A stretch of 63,850 nucleotides of DNA, the filler included, from Octopus bimaculoides (taxonomy: Eukaryota), in the NCBI RefSeq assembly GCF_001194135.2. It is 6 parts of 5 records of this genome, joined end to end, with 100 filler letters (N's around TTAATTAATTAA, not from the genome) between each part and the next. Parts side by side here need not be neighbours in the genome. Positions count along the whole stretch, not along the records: positions 37,981 to 56,994 come from NC_068995.1; 5 more parts are not named here. One strand, written 5' to 3'. Each line of letters starts with the position of its first letter. The stretch's first letter is position 1. Positions 37,982 through 51,024 of the stretch are shown one piece after another. The notes beneath the pieces were generated by a model, which searched no databases, was not told the DNA's origin, and saw only the letters and a program-made list of their open reading frames with translations. The translations under genes were made by a program, and so were the position numbers.

Positions 37982-38854
37982 CCAGAAAGGCTGCCCTGTA
38001 TTTTCAGTGAAGAAAAATTAATCCTTTATCTAGTTTTGCATGAAACTGAGACTAGTTGCGAAAATGTGAAATTGAATCTTTGTGGTAAAATTGGTGAATC
38101 AGACTTTTCACTTGACTTTGAAGCAAGTTTGTTGGGACAGAATGATAAAGAAATGACAATACACCGTCTTTGTGTGAAAAGGAAAATACAGGAATTGGAA
38201 TTAAAAGAAGATTTGGGTAAAGGTGATGAAATAAAATCAGAGATTATTGATTTGGGTACAATGGCTAATTTGGTTTCAAAGTACACAAGTTTTGTTGGTT
38301 TGGATGAACATGTTACAGAATGTACGCTAATGCCCTGCTTCCTTCAGTGTTCACCAGTACAATCATCACCCATTGTTGATGGAGGAAATAATTTAGCTCT
38401 TGAAGCACAGGACATGGTTTATTATTCGTGTTGTGAGTCTTCTGGTCCTGATTTTGTGGATTCAAGTTGCTTGCCTCAGCCATTTACAAAATCATGTATG
38501 ACTGATGAGGAATCTTTTACGTCTCCTGGGACAACAAATAAGGACATTTTAACATGTTTGGTTGACCTACAAACTTTCTCTGGTTTCTGGAATCTAGACG
38601 ATCAATTGGCTCAAGCTCTCAAAATTTCTCTTAAGGACCTGAACAATGAGAATCCATCCGTTAGTGACAAAATATGGGCTACAGCTCTTGTTGTTGCTGT
38701 ACTAAGAGAAAAATTAGCTTCTCAGCATTGTGAATGGGAATTAATGGAAAAGAAAGCAATCGTTTGGCTGGAATCTCAGAATATACAAACAATGAATTCA
38801 GAGAAGTTACTAGAAAAAGCTACAAACTTCATAAGAAACAAGATGGCTGCTTAA
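37982..38854 (+). CDS. VWA5A: VWA5A-like (VIT-vWA family) protein, C-terminal part; 5' end lost in gap
   Basis: The frame stays open upstream of the ORF-track TTG start to the gap edge (PERLPCIFSEEKLILYLVL, the family P..P.IF.G.RL..Y motif). Further matches: IHRLCVKRKIQELE, ANLVSKYTSFVG, LVDLQTFSGFW, WATALVVAVL, EWELMEKKAIVWL. Stop TAA at 38852-38854; no stops or frameshifts. Confidence 0.85.
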   Translation, partial: PERLPCIFSEEKLILYLVLHETETSCENVKLNLCGKIGESDFSLDFEASLLGQNDKEMTIHRLCVKRKIQELELKEDLGKGDEIKSEIIDLGTMANLVSKYTSFVGLDEHVTECTLMPCFLQCSPVQSSPIVDGGNNLALEAQDMVYYSCCESSGPDFVDSSCLPQPFTKSCMTDEESFTSPGTTNKDILTCLVDLQTFSGFWNLDDQLAQALKISLKDLNNENPSVSDKIWATALVVAVLREKLASQHCEWELMEKKAIVWLESQNIQTMNSEKLLEKATNFIRNKMAA

Positions 38855-39199
38855 CAATTTCTGTTTATTTCATGTTAAAACTTTAACCACTGTATACCCA
38901 AGAAAAATGCCTTTAAGATATTGAATTATGTATGTATTTTTTATTCAACTAATTCCTCTGCAATATTAGTAAATATGTATCTTATCTATGTATACAGCTG
39001 TAAAATATGATAAAATATAAAGCTATAAAACAGTAATTGTTGATTTTGTGTTATTTTTTATTTTGTGTCAAGTGTGAATATATTTCCAAGACTTTGTGGG
39101 TTCTGTGACAAACTTCCTATTTTAATGTGATCTAAATTATAACCTTCCATCAAAGTAGCATTCTAATTTATGTCCCAAACACCAGTTTAATAATCCTTT

Positions 39200-39410
39200 C
39201 TACTGGAAGTACAAGGCGTCAAATTTGTGGGAAGGGATTAAGTCTATTACATCGACCCCAGTGCATAACTGGTACTTATTTAATCAATCCCGAAAGAATG
39301 AAAGGCGAAGTCAACCTTGGTAGAATTTGAACTTAGAATGTGAAGACAGATGAAATACCATAAAGCATTTTACCCAGGATGCTAAAGATTCTGCCATCTC
39401 ACTGCCCTAA
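39200..39410 (-). mobile_element. SINE family A
   Basis: Reverse complement of ggcagaatc...ctaagttcaaattc...ttgacttcgcctttcattc...aagtaccag. Confidence 0.8.
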
Positions 39411-40263
39411 AACACCAGCTTAATAGCGACAAAGTTATATCGCTAAATTCTTCATTGTTTTGAAAATTAATTCAAACAAAGGCAATGCATTTCAACAGAG
39501 ATATGGTAGAGNNNNNNNNNNNNNNNNNNNNNNNNNNNNNNNNNNNNNNNNNNNNNNNNNNNNNNNNNNNNNNNNNNNNNNNNNNNNNNNNNNNNNNNNN
39601 NNNNNNNNNNNATATATATATATGCACTGCACACATACACATATATATTCTATTAGAGAGAAAAAGAGAGAGAGAGAAATAATGAAAATCGTTGTAAAAT
39701 TCACTGGTTAGAACCAGTCATCAGGATATCACTGATAAAGAATTTTAATAAAAGGTGAAGGAATGAGCAAACATAGTAGAATCAATTCTAGTATCTCTAG
39801 AAAACCATGTAACTATCCTAACACAGATTTGTGTCTGGTTAACCAGCAATGCCAAATGAATGACATTGCTTTCAAAATACATTGGTCTACAAGCACCACC
39901 ATATAAGCATTTATCAGTAATAACCTCAAACTCCTTCAAAATGTGGTGCTACTTTCATACACACATATTTAAAAATCCCAATAAATCCAACTGGACATCA
40001 CTGGTTGCATACATTTGGGCAGTCAAGATTGAATTGCTATCATTCCAACTCTATTGGAAACTCCTAAAGATAATGAATTTCCCTGTAAAAACAAGAAATC
40101 TTGTAACCTGGAAATCTCACTTACAAAATCTATCACTCTTAAACAAAGTCACTGAGCTTTTTTTTTATCATCATGTATTCACAGTATTCTTAAGGTATAT
40201 ACACACTTTAAACCAATTAGTGAGCTAATGAATTCTGGATGTTTCCCCTTTTTTTTTCATATA

Positions 40264-40995
40264 CCATAAATCCTTGAGTATAATACGCAGGGAATTCTTA
40301 GGGGGCTGTACCTCTGAAAGACCTAAACCTTGTGTATAATACGCACCCCTTCTCGAACTTGAGTCAAGGAGGTCGATACAATGTCCTTGGTTTGTAAACA
40401 TATATACGTCCTTTATTATTATTGTATATATAACATAATGTAAATGTGTAGCTTTTTTGTGCTTTTTGTTTGCAGAAAATAAAGAAATAACAGTAATAAC
40501 GTCAGTGAAAAATAAATATTAAGTAAATTGCCTTTCACATATTTATCACTATCAGTTACAAAAGCAAAAACATTTATTCAAATCCTTCAAATTCAACATC
40601 ACTTTCAGCATCAAATAACTGTTCCCTTTGTTCCTCCATAAACATGTCAGCATCATTGTAGTGTAAATCTCTGCCATCGTCAGATTCATTGTTAACATCA
40701 AAAGATTCACTCTTATTTATTTCATCTTTCCATACGTCATCCTGAGTACCATCCAGTGCAGACGATATACAACACTTTTATTTTAATAAATGTTGCTTAC
40801 TGCAAGTTATGGATGATTCTTTTATGACTTCATTGCTTTCAGGCTTAGCTTAAGGTATTTTCGTGCCCGACATCACAAAATGCGTCTGAATAAACATTGC
40901 CAGACAGCAAATAGAGACTCGGACATAGTACGCACTAGGGATTTTGACCTTTAAATTTTGGGGAAAAAATGCGGATTATACTTGAGGATTTACGG
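40264..40995 (-). mobile_element. Internally deleted Tc2/pogo-like DNA transposon with TIRs and TA TSD
   Basis: 26-bp TIRs ccataaatccttgagtataatacgca (40264-89) and tgcggattatacttgaggatttacgg (40970-95), 4 mismatches. TA on both sides. Residual minus-strand transposase C-terminus KCCISSALDGTQDDVW...EFEGF*. Confidence 0.85.
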
Positions 40996-42590
40996 TATTC
41001 ATATTACCTTTTCCATGTTGCTTATCACATCGGGATGACTTAGAATCAATTTCCAATATATTTCATACTACCATCAGTTTTGCACAAAGTATTTAGAATT
41101 TGACCAGCATTTAACATGCGCATGGCTATTTGACTGGAACCTTATTGCTGTTGCTGCTTATAGTTTCTTACGGAGTAGGAGGAGGTGGAGGAAGAGGAGA
41201 GAGAGAGGGTGGATATTCTTCTTAAGGGAAAACACATCTTACTTTTTAAAATATATATTTCCAATTAATTTTCTCCGCATTTATCATATTCCTTCAGCTT
41301 TTATTATAATAATATATACATACATACAAACACACACACACACACATCATTATGGTATTGTAACAGCAGAGGAGCATCAAAACAAGAGATTGCGCCACAA
41401 ATTTTTTTTTTTTTATCTTGTTGACAATTTCATATTTTATTTATTTTATTTTTATTTAATATTCAATTTGTTTTTGATTTTTTTTTCATCTTTGTTTTAT
41501 ATTGTTTTTTGTTAATATTTTGTTTTATTTATATATATATTTTTTTATGTTTCCGCTTTATTTCACACATACACACACACCAAATGTTTGCCGTTTACCT
41601 TGTTTTCTTCTTTTTTTTTTAATCCTTTTTGTGTGTTTACTCTTTTTTTTTCCTTTCTTTCTTTCTTTCTTCAAATAGAACCATTGCAATTTATCTAATG
41701 CAAGTGAGTGTTTTTTGATGTTTTTTTCTTTTCTTTTTTCAAAATTTGATTTGATCTTCCTTTCTTTTTTTTTTCTTCTTCTTCTTCTTTTACATTTGTT
41801 TGTCTGTTTTGTTTTGTTTTCGTACACTTACAAAAACCCCACACACAAATAATATATACACACACGTACACTCACTCACACACACGTACATATATGAATC
41901 CAACGAGATTGCATATGTTGACTGGGAATGCCAGATAGTAATTAAAACCTTTTTTTTCTTTTCTTTTTTTTGTGAGTTTATTTATTGAAAAAAAAAAACA
42001 TAAACAAACAACAACAACAAAAAAAACTCACTATCGTTGTTTTGTTTCACCCATTTTTCTTTCTTTTCTTTTCTTTAGTCAGTTTTAAGAAAAAATATAT
42101 AATTTAAAATTTCTTAATTTTATTATCATTATTATTATTATTAATATTATTATTATCATCTTGGGGGTTTTTATTTTTTTTTTTTTAAATGGGTACATAA
42201 CAGATCATCGGTGCTGTGTCATTCATTTTCTAGCCAACATTTTGTTTCGTTTGCTCCTNNNNNNNNNNNNNNNNNNNNNNNNNNNNNNNNNNNNNNNNNN
42301 NNNNNNNNNNNNNNNNNNNNNNNNNNNNNNNNNNNNNNNNNNNNNNNNNNNNNNNNNNNNNNCTAATGCAAGTAGAATCTGTAAAATAAAATAAAATAAA
42401 TATATGAATAATAATAATAATAATAATCCTTTCTACTGGAGGCACAAGGCCTCAAATTTGTTGGGGAGGGGACTAGTCAATTACATCGACCCAGTGTTTC
42501 ACTGGTATTTAATTTAGTTTATTGACCCTGAAAGGATAAAAGGCAAAGTTGAACTCAGAATGTAGCAATGGGCAAAATATCACTAAGCAT

Positions 42591-42952
42591 AGGAGTGGCT
42601 GTGTGGTAAGTAGCTTGCTTATGAACCACATGGTTCCGGGTTCAGTCCCACTGCGTGGTACCTTGGGCAAATGTCTTCTACTATAGCCTCAGGCTGATCA
42701 AAGCCTTGTGAGTGGATTTGGTAGACGGAAACTGAAAGAAGCCCATCGTATATATGTATATATGTGTGTTCCACCAACATCGCTTGACAACCGATGCTGA
42801 TGTGTTTATGCACCCGTAACTTAGCGGTTCGGCAAAAGAGACCCATAGAATAAGTACTAAGCTTACAAAGAATAAATCCTGGGGTCGATTTGCTCGACTA
42901 AAGGTGGTGTTCCAGCATGGCCACAGTCAAATGACTGAAACAAATAAAAGAG
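42591..42952 (+). mobile_element. Full-length SINE family B nested in a minus-strand SINE A, 7-bp TSD
   Basis: TAAGCAT at 42584-42590 and 42953-42959 flanks the copy. SINE A sequence (about 42425-42590) resumes at about 42960-42990. Confidence 0.85.
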
Positions 42953-43204
42953 TAAGCATTTTGTCCAACATGCTAACGATTCTGCCAGCAATAAGAGCAA
43001 CAGCTTCCCTTTTGAATAAAAAGGATGTAAATGAGTTTCTTGTGGATGAAAGGATCAACTGTTAATTAATTAACAAAATGATTTTTTAAAGATTGTTATA
43101 ACAGGAAAAAAATCATTCCTCAGTCTACAAGTCTTATGGAAGAAAGGACCAACTGTTGATTAACAAAAGGACTCTTGAAGATTTTCACAACAGGAAAAAA
43201 CATC

Positions 43205-44260
43205 TGTAGACTACAAGAAGGCCTTTGATAGTCTTCTCAGAGAAAGAAGTGTTTGTTCAAAATTTTACCAGTAATCAGGAATTTTGTATCTCATGCTATG
43301 AAGCTCTGAAATAGAACATCAATTCTCAACACTGCCACTACAAATATTAACACTGTACAACTCAATACTCATTGTGGAATCTTTCAAGGAGACTCCTTAT
43401 TGCCTTTGTTTTTTTGTTTAGCACTGTTTCCTCTAAGCAAAGCCCAGAATTAAATAAATTATGGATATAGGATATATGGAAAAGCAGTTGATCATCTCCA
43501 TTATATGGATGATTTAAAACTGTTTGCAAAAAAATTATCAATAATTGCAAACACTCTGATATACAAACAGTTTAGTGATAGGATCAAAATGGGATGTGGG
43601 CTTGACAAATGTGCCAAAGCTACATTTAACAAGGGAAAGCTATCAAACACATACATTACCCTAGATAGAGACAGGGAGATAAAACAAATGGAACCTCAGG
43701 GCAGTTATAAGTATCTAGGATTATGTGAAAGTGATGGGATTAGATACTCACTAATGTGAGAAAAGATGGGGAAGGAGTGCTTTTGAAGAGTAAGATCCAT
43801 TCTGAAAACTGAGCTGAATGCCAAGAATAAAACTGAGGCCATAAACACACTAGCTGTGCCTGTAATTACATACAGCTTCACTCCAATGTTATAAACTGGT
43901 CCCTCAATGAAATCAGCAAAGTTGATGCCAAAATACGAAGGCAGGTGACAGTACATCATATGCATCACCCAAAAGCAGACACAGGCTGAATATACCTCCC
44001 GAGAAAAGAAGGCAGTTGGGGACTAATACAATCTCAACTCTCATTGAAAATTGTAACCATGGGACTTCCTGCCTACCTGCAACAAGCAAACAACCAGATC
44101 TGAAAGCTGGTTCTGAAATATGAAATACCAAAAAGTTGCACTCTGTGATGGAAAGCGCAGAAATATACCTTTGAGAAATGCAACCAGATAAGCCAGCACC
44201 TTTTAAAAATCTGTCCCCAATGGACAAGGCAAAATCATACTAAGCAGAATTTGAGCTTAG
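43205..44260 (+). mobile_element. R4/Dong-like non-LTR retrotransposon RT remnant
   Basis: DYKKAFDS (43209), GIFQGDSL (43376), HLHYMDDLKLFAK (YMDD at 43502-13), GLDKCAKATF, YKYLG, RSILKTELNAKNKTEAINTLAVPVITYSF. Stops and frameshifts are present. Confidence 0.85.
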
Positions 44261-45078
44261 AATTGTAAAGACAGACATAATGCAGCCAAACATTTTGTTT
44301 GGCACAATAATGATTCTGCCAGCTCACCTTAATGAACAGTTAAAAGTAGTTGGAAAAGATACCATATTCTTGGGCATACAACTCAATATAGCATATAGTT
44401 TAAACATTCAAACTTCATCATCATCTTTCCAAATTCTATTGTATATTTCGTCTGTCTAAATGTTCTGAGTTCAAATGCCGCCGGGGTTGAATTTACCTTT
44501 CATCCTTTCAGGGTCGATAAATTAAGTACCACTTTGGATCGATGTTATTGACTGGTTTCCTCCCCCACCCCTAAATTTCAGGCCTTGTGCCTTTAGTAGA
44601 AAGAATTATTATTATTATTATCATCATCATTATTATTATTATTATTAAAGAAGGCAGTGAGCTGGTAGAGTTGTTAGCACACTGGACAAAATGCTTAGCA
44701 GTTGCTCCATTCTGAGTTCAAATTCTGCTGATCTCAAAAGAATTTGAACCCAGAACATAAAGATGAAGTGGAAGGGTTAAGTTGATACTACAGTCTCCAG
44801 TATTTCATTTTGTTAACCCTGAAAAAGATGATCTTGGTGGGACTTGAACTCAGAACAAATACTACAAGGTATTTTACCAGCCTCTAATTAACCTGCCAAT
44901 TCACTCCTCTCAGTAATAATTCTTTATATTGGAAGCACACGACCTCAGATTTGGGGGCAGGGATTAAGTCAATTACATCGACCCCAGTGCATAACTAGTA
45001 CTAATTCTATTGACTATGAAAGTTAATGTCAATCTCAGTGTAACAGCAGATGAAATACTGCTGAGCTTTTCGCCTGGC

Positions 45079-45186
45079 GTTCTAACGATTCTGCCAGTTC
45101 TAACGATTCTGCCAGTTCTAACGATTCTGCCAGTTCTAACGATTCTGCCAGTTCTAACGATTCTGCCAGTTCTAACGATTCTGCCA
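45079..45186. repeat. Six perfect 18-bp tandem copies of GTTCTAACGATTCTGCCA
   Basis: Direct reading. The unit is the reverse complement of the SINE A A-box region TGGCAGAATCGTTAGAAC. Confidence 0.95.
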
Positions 45187-45838
45187 GTTCACCGCCTGTC
45201 TCCCATCAATGATAATGATAATAAAATTTAATAATTTCAAATGCAAAACACAAAACCATGGTGCATGTACCCAACAGATGCACAGTAAAAGGACAATAGC
45301 AATGGGACTACTCGAAAATAATAATAAATCTTCCCCATTTTGGCACAAGACTAGCAATTTTGTGCAGAGGGGGAAATTGACTATAATTATAATAATTATT
45401 ATTATCATCATTAACATCATTATTATCTTATGAGCCGGCAGAACCATTAGAATGCCAAGCAAAATGCTTCATGGTATTTCATTGGTCTTTCTGTTCTGAG
45501 TTCAAATTCTAGGAGGTCAACTTTGCCTTTCATCCTTTTGGGGTCTATAAAATAAGTACCAGTTCAAGAATGGGGGTTGATGATTTCAACTCATTCTTTC
45601 CTCCAAACTTACTGGCCTTATGCCAGCAGTGAGCTGGCAGAATATTTACCATGTTGAGCAAAATGCTTAGTAGCATTTCGTCTTTCTCTAGGTTCTGGGT
45701 TCAAATTTTGCCAAGGTCGAGACGTTACCTTTCATCCTTTCAGGTTCGATAAATTAAGTACCAGTGAAACACTGGGGTCAATGTTAACGACTAGTCCCCT
45801 CCCTCCAAATTTCAGGCCTCGTACCTTTAGTAGAAAGG

Positions 45839-46017
<179 letters not shown>

Positions 46018-46524
46018 GGTGGCAAGCTGGCAGAATTGTTAGCATGCTGGGCAAAATGCTTAGTGGCATTTTGTTCATCTCTAGGTTCTGAGTTCAAATT
46101 CTGCCAAGGTTGAGACTATATTTTTCATCCTTTTGGGGTTGATAAAATAAGTACCAGTTGAACATTGGGCTCAATGTAATTGACATATTGCCTCCTTTGA
46201 ACTTGCTGGCCCTGTGCCAAAATTTGAAATCATTATCGTTATTAATTATTTTTTAGGTGTTGATGAATAAATAAACAGTCTTGTGGATTTTTCTCTTTCT
46301 CTCTCTTTTTCTATCTGTCAGCCTACTAGTTTGTCTCTTTTGAAGTAATTGACTGTGGTCTAACCTAGAAAGGAATGGGTTCTGCCAAGAGTCTAAGAAT
46401 ACCCGAGACACATTCTATATCACAACACTTCCCTTGTGATTCTGTCAAAGAGTTAAGGACCCAAGGCAAATCTGTCATGTGTTTAAGTATGTATGTGTGT
46501 TATTACATACATACATACATACAT

Positions 46525-47510
46525 ACTCTTTTACTTGTTTCAGTCATTTGACTGTGGCCATGCTGGAGCACCACCTTTAGTCAAGCAAATCGACCCCAGG
46601 ACTTATTCTTTGTAAGCCTAGTACTTATTCTATCGGTCTCTTTTGCTAAACCACTAAGTTACAGGGACATAAACAAACCAGCGTCTGTTGTCAAGTGATG
46701 TTGGGGGGACAAGCACAGACACACATACATATATATATACATATATACGACAGGCTTCTTTCAGTTTCCGTCTACTAAATCCACTCAAAAAGCTTTGGTC
46801 GGCCTGAGGCTATAGTAGAAGACACTTGCCCAAGGTGCCACGCAGTGGGACTGAACCTGGAACCATGTGGTTGGTAAGCAAGCTACTTACCACACAGCCA
46901 CTCCTACGCCTATACATACATATGAGGGAGTGTTGAAATTTTCCTGGCTTTGGGTAAAAGAAAATATGGGAGGATCAGTTAACTATGATTTTATCCAACA
47001 TATTCCCCTCTCAGAGTCGCACACACTGCAGCAGTTTTTCTAAGCCCTGTAAAAGAACTCAGAAGGTTGGGCCTCCAACCAGGCCTTTTGCAGTACCCCC
47101 TCATACATTGATACATAGATGCATACATGTACATTCTTTATAGGTGAAGGCATAGCAGTGTGGTTAAGAAGCTTGCCTTGCAGTTACACAGTCCTGTGTT
47201 CAATCCTACTGCACAGCACCTTGGGCAAGTGTCTTCTACCATAGCCACAGGCTGACAATGCTTTGTGAGTGAACTAGGGTGTATATGTCTTTGTGTCTGC
47301 ATGTGTCACTCCCCTACCCTTTACCACCGGCGTTGTTTTTTTTTTTTTACATCCCCATAACTCAGTGGTTCAGCAAAAGAGACTGATAGAATAAGTACTA
47401 AACTTTAAAAAAAAAAATTTAAAAATTACTGAGCTTGATTTTTTTTTTTTTACTAAAATCATTCTATGAAGTGTAGCATGGCCACAGTCCAATGACTGAA
47501 ACAAGTCAAA
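46525..47510. mobile_element. Inverted pair of SINE family B copies (- about 46525-46912; + about 47145-47510)
   Basis: Full-length minus copy ending cacagccactcctacgcctat; plus copy starting ataggtgaaggcatagcagtgtggttaagaagc. Confidence 0.8.
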
Positions 47511-49825
47511 GACTGGTTTCTTCCCAGTTACTGCCAAGTCTTAAGGCTGCAGTAAGAGATACTTGTGTAAGGTAAGGTACCAAGTCATGGAATTGAACCC
47601 ACATCTATGAGGTTGCAAAGTAAACTTCTTAGTCACATGATTATACTTTTGTTTACAGACAAAATTAATTATTATTATTTCCCATCAGCCCATTAGCTCA
47701 ACAATTTATTGGAAAATAGAAAAAAAAAAATAACCCCAAAATCTAACTAAATAAAAAAGAAGACGACAAAAACCATAATAAACAAAGAATAAAATTAAAC
47801 AAAATATTGTGGAAATAGAAATTTATGGAAAGTTTATCATCAATTTCTTATATATTTTTGGGTCAGTTTAAAAATCCTTTTATATTATATTTCTGATTCA
47901 GTGGTGAAGAATGAGAATTGTTGGTCATTGGATCAGGCACCCAGGAGAATCTGTGTGTCAGCTGGTCTTAGGGTAGTCAGTTGAAGGAGGATTCAACAGG
48001 GGAAAAAAACATCTAACTTATATGGACAACTGGCTTCAGGACAGTGGAATGACAAATGTTGATGAGTTAAGCACATGCATGGGTGGGGGTGGGGGGACCA
48101 TGATGGATGGTATGCTAGCATGAAATCATTGAAGCAGCCAGGAGGCAAACTAAACTAACCTAAATTAATTTCTATTGTAATACACTGCTTTATTTCAATT
48201 AATTTTGAAAATAATGAAGTATTCAGTTAAGTAACTTTGTCATTATTAAGTTGATAATTAGAACATAAATTAACATGAAATTTTGAAGCAAAGTTTTAAT
48301 TTAGATCATTTTAACTCTTTTGTATCATATTTCATTAAAATGCACTGGCTTTGTTTCAATTAATTTTGGAAATAATGCAATATAAGGAAACTGCAGACAT
48401 GACTGTGTGGTAAGAAGTTTGTTTCCCAACCACATGGAAATCAAACTTATCGGTACATTACAAACTCTCAAAAATTGATTGAGCTGACCCCACTTATTGA
48501 TACATATTTTATTGATCCAACCCCATAAGGACGAAGGGTAAAACTGACTTTAGTTAGATTTGAATACAGATTGAACCCAGAATGTAATAAGCTGAAATTT
48601 ATCGAGGCTTTTGTGTGATGCGCTAACGATTCTACCAGCTCACTGCTTTCATACTATTAATTAATAATGTATTTTAACTTCAGTAATTGTTATTTTATAA
48701 TGACTCTGCAGTGAAGATGAAATATAAAGCTAAATGTGGCTTAATGATGATTTTGATATTATTTGATATCTTTATCGAAATGTGGGGAGAAAATAAAAAC
48801 AAACAAACAAAAGAAAACAGAAAAACAAAACAAAATGGTACTAAATGATCACCTTATCACTAAGTAGTAATTGTTATATATATGGCTTACCTCTTTATTA
48901 TATTTAGAAATATAATTGTAGAGTTCAACGAGTGCACTTGGAACATAGAACATTCCAGTAGGCATCTAAAAAAATATACATACAAATAAAATCAAATTAA
49001 AACAGAAAAATTTATCAAGAAGGAAAAAAAAAAAAATTCCTTTCCTTTATCATATACATCAATTTTAAAGAAGCCAGTGAGGGAATTGCTTGACATGCCA
49101 GAAAAAGCAGCTAAATCTCACTAAAACCACACTTTATTCCCCCACCCCNNNNNNNNNNNNNNNNNNNNNNNNNNNNNNNNNNNNNNNNNNNNNNNNNNNN
49201 NNNNNNNNNNNNNNNNNNNNNNNNNNNNNNNNNNNNNNNNNNNNNNNNNNNNNNNNNNNNNNNNNNNNNNNNNNNNNNNNNNNNNNNNNNNNNNNNNNNN
49301 NNNNNNNNNNNNNNNNNNNNNNNNNNNNNNNNNNNNNNNNNNNNNNNNNNNNNNNNNNNNNNNNNNNNNNNNNNNNNNNNNNNNNNNNNNNNNNNNNNNN
49401 NNNNNNNNNNNNNNNNNNNNNNGGGGGGGGGGGTCAAGGATAGATTGTTTTTGAGTATAATAGGTTTATTTGATTAGAACTGACTTAGAGTTAAATAATA
49501 TCAGCAACTACTAAGAAAAATAAAAATTGTTTTCTATCAGTCTAGTCCTGCGTCCACCATATTCAGTGTCTTATTGATCTATTGTCCATAGCATATATCG
49601 ATTGATTTTGATTTTCTATACATCAACATAGGATGAGTAGATTTACTTGAATAAAAACCTACTTGCTGTTGTTTAACCACAGGCCAACCAGAACTGAGCA
49701 GACAAACCCATGATCAAAGTAACTATAACCATAACCAACCTATCTTGTTTCAAGGCATAGCGTATCAAGGATTATACTATCAAATGTGTCTTTCGTTATT
49801 GTTATGATCTCTTGTGTGTGTATAA

Positions 49826-49861
<36 letters not shown>

Positions 49862-51024
49862 GTGTGTGTGTATGCATATATATATATCAATTAGAAAATG
49901 GAGGATAATATGCTGAACCCAACGACTTGCAGACAGTATATCCCATTGAATTCATTAACTTAATTCATAACTTGTCATAAACACCTGTACTTTGTGGGTT
50001 TTTTATAAAACTGTAAAAATATATGACACTTATTCAGCTACCGAACAAGTGTCACATATTTTTACAGATAAATTCCTCCATTTACATAATATCGAGGTCT
50101 CTTTCTTTCTTTTGTTGTCCTTCTTATCAAAATATATATATATATATCAACATTAATTCCTCAACATTTTGATAGTAATAAAATGACCTGATACTACTAT
50201 GACCAGTGAAACCTCTAGATTCTAATACTTTTATAGCCTTGCCCATGCATACTGCTTACACCTTCCCTCTCTTTAGAAGTAATTGTCCCTTTGCTATCAC
50301 CACTAGATAAGAAACGATAGAATTCTGAGACAGTTAAAACTTTTGTCTAGAATCAATTACTAGCCTGATAGACCCTGCTATGTCAAGATGGACTTATATA
50401 TTCTTCCTCTGCTCTCTCCCACTNNNNNNNNNNNNNNNNNNNNNNNNNNNNNNNNNNNNNNNNNNNNNNNNNNNNNNNNNNNNNNNNNNNNNNNNNNNNN
50501 NNNNNNNNNNNNNNNNNNNNNNNNNNNNNNNNNNNNNNNNNNNNNNNNNNNNNNNNNNNNNNNNNNNNNNNNNNNNNNNNNNNNNNNNNNNNNNNNNNNN
50601 NNNNNNNNNNNNNNNNNNNNNNNNNNNNNNNNNNNNNNNNNNNNNNNNNNNNNNNNNNNNNNNNNNNNNNNNNNNNNNNNNNNNNNNNNNNNNNNNNNNN
50701 NNNNNNNNNNTATATATATATATATTTAAGCATTCCATTAACCTTTCTTCCTATGGAATTTTAGTGAGTCATCTTTTCAAATAATTTAATCATACACCTT
50801 AGTAAGGTTAACAATATGACTTTATCTTTATCAATTCATCATGGGTGTGATATATATATATATATATATATACAGGATGAAGAAATCTATTGATAAGACA
50901 TTATATTGACACTTGATCACAATATAATCTATCAAAAAATATTTCTTTGAAAAAATTAAGGAAAACAATACCAAAAAATATATAAAAAAAAGCAATTGCT
51001 TGATGAATTGTAACAGCTGATTGA

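Noticed and set aside
38036-38038. TTG as start codon of a stand-alone 272-aa protein
   Set aside because: The frame is open upstream to the gap and contains conserved family residues; this TTG is an internal Leu.
38502-38530. CTGATGA within the VWA5A-like CDS
   Set aside because: It encodes T-D-E, with no GAAA in a suitable position; a chance match.
39690-39730. Minus-strand CTGATGA followed by the hairpin ACTGGTT/AACCAGT
   Set aside because: It is followed by GAAT, not GAAA, and no stem I or stem III closure could be built.
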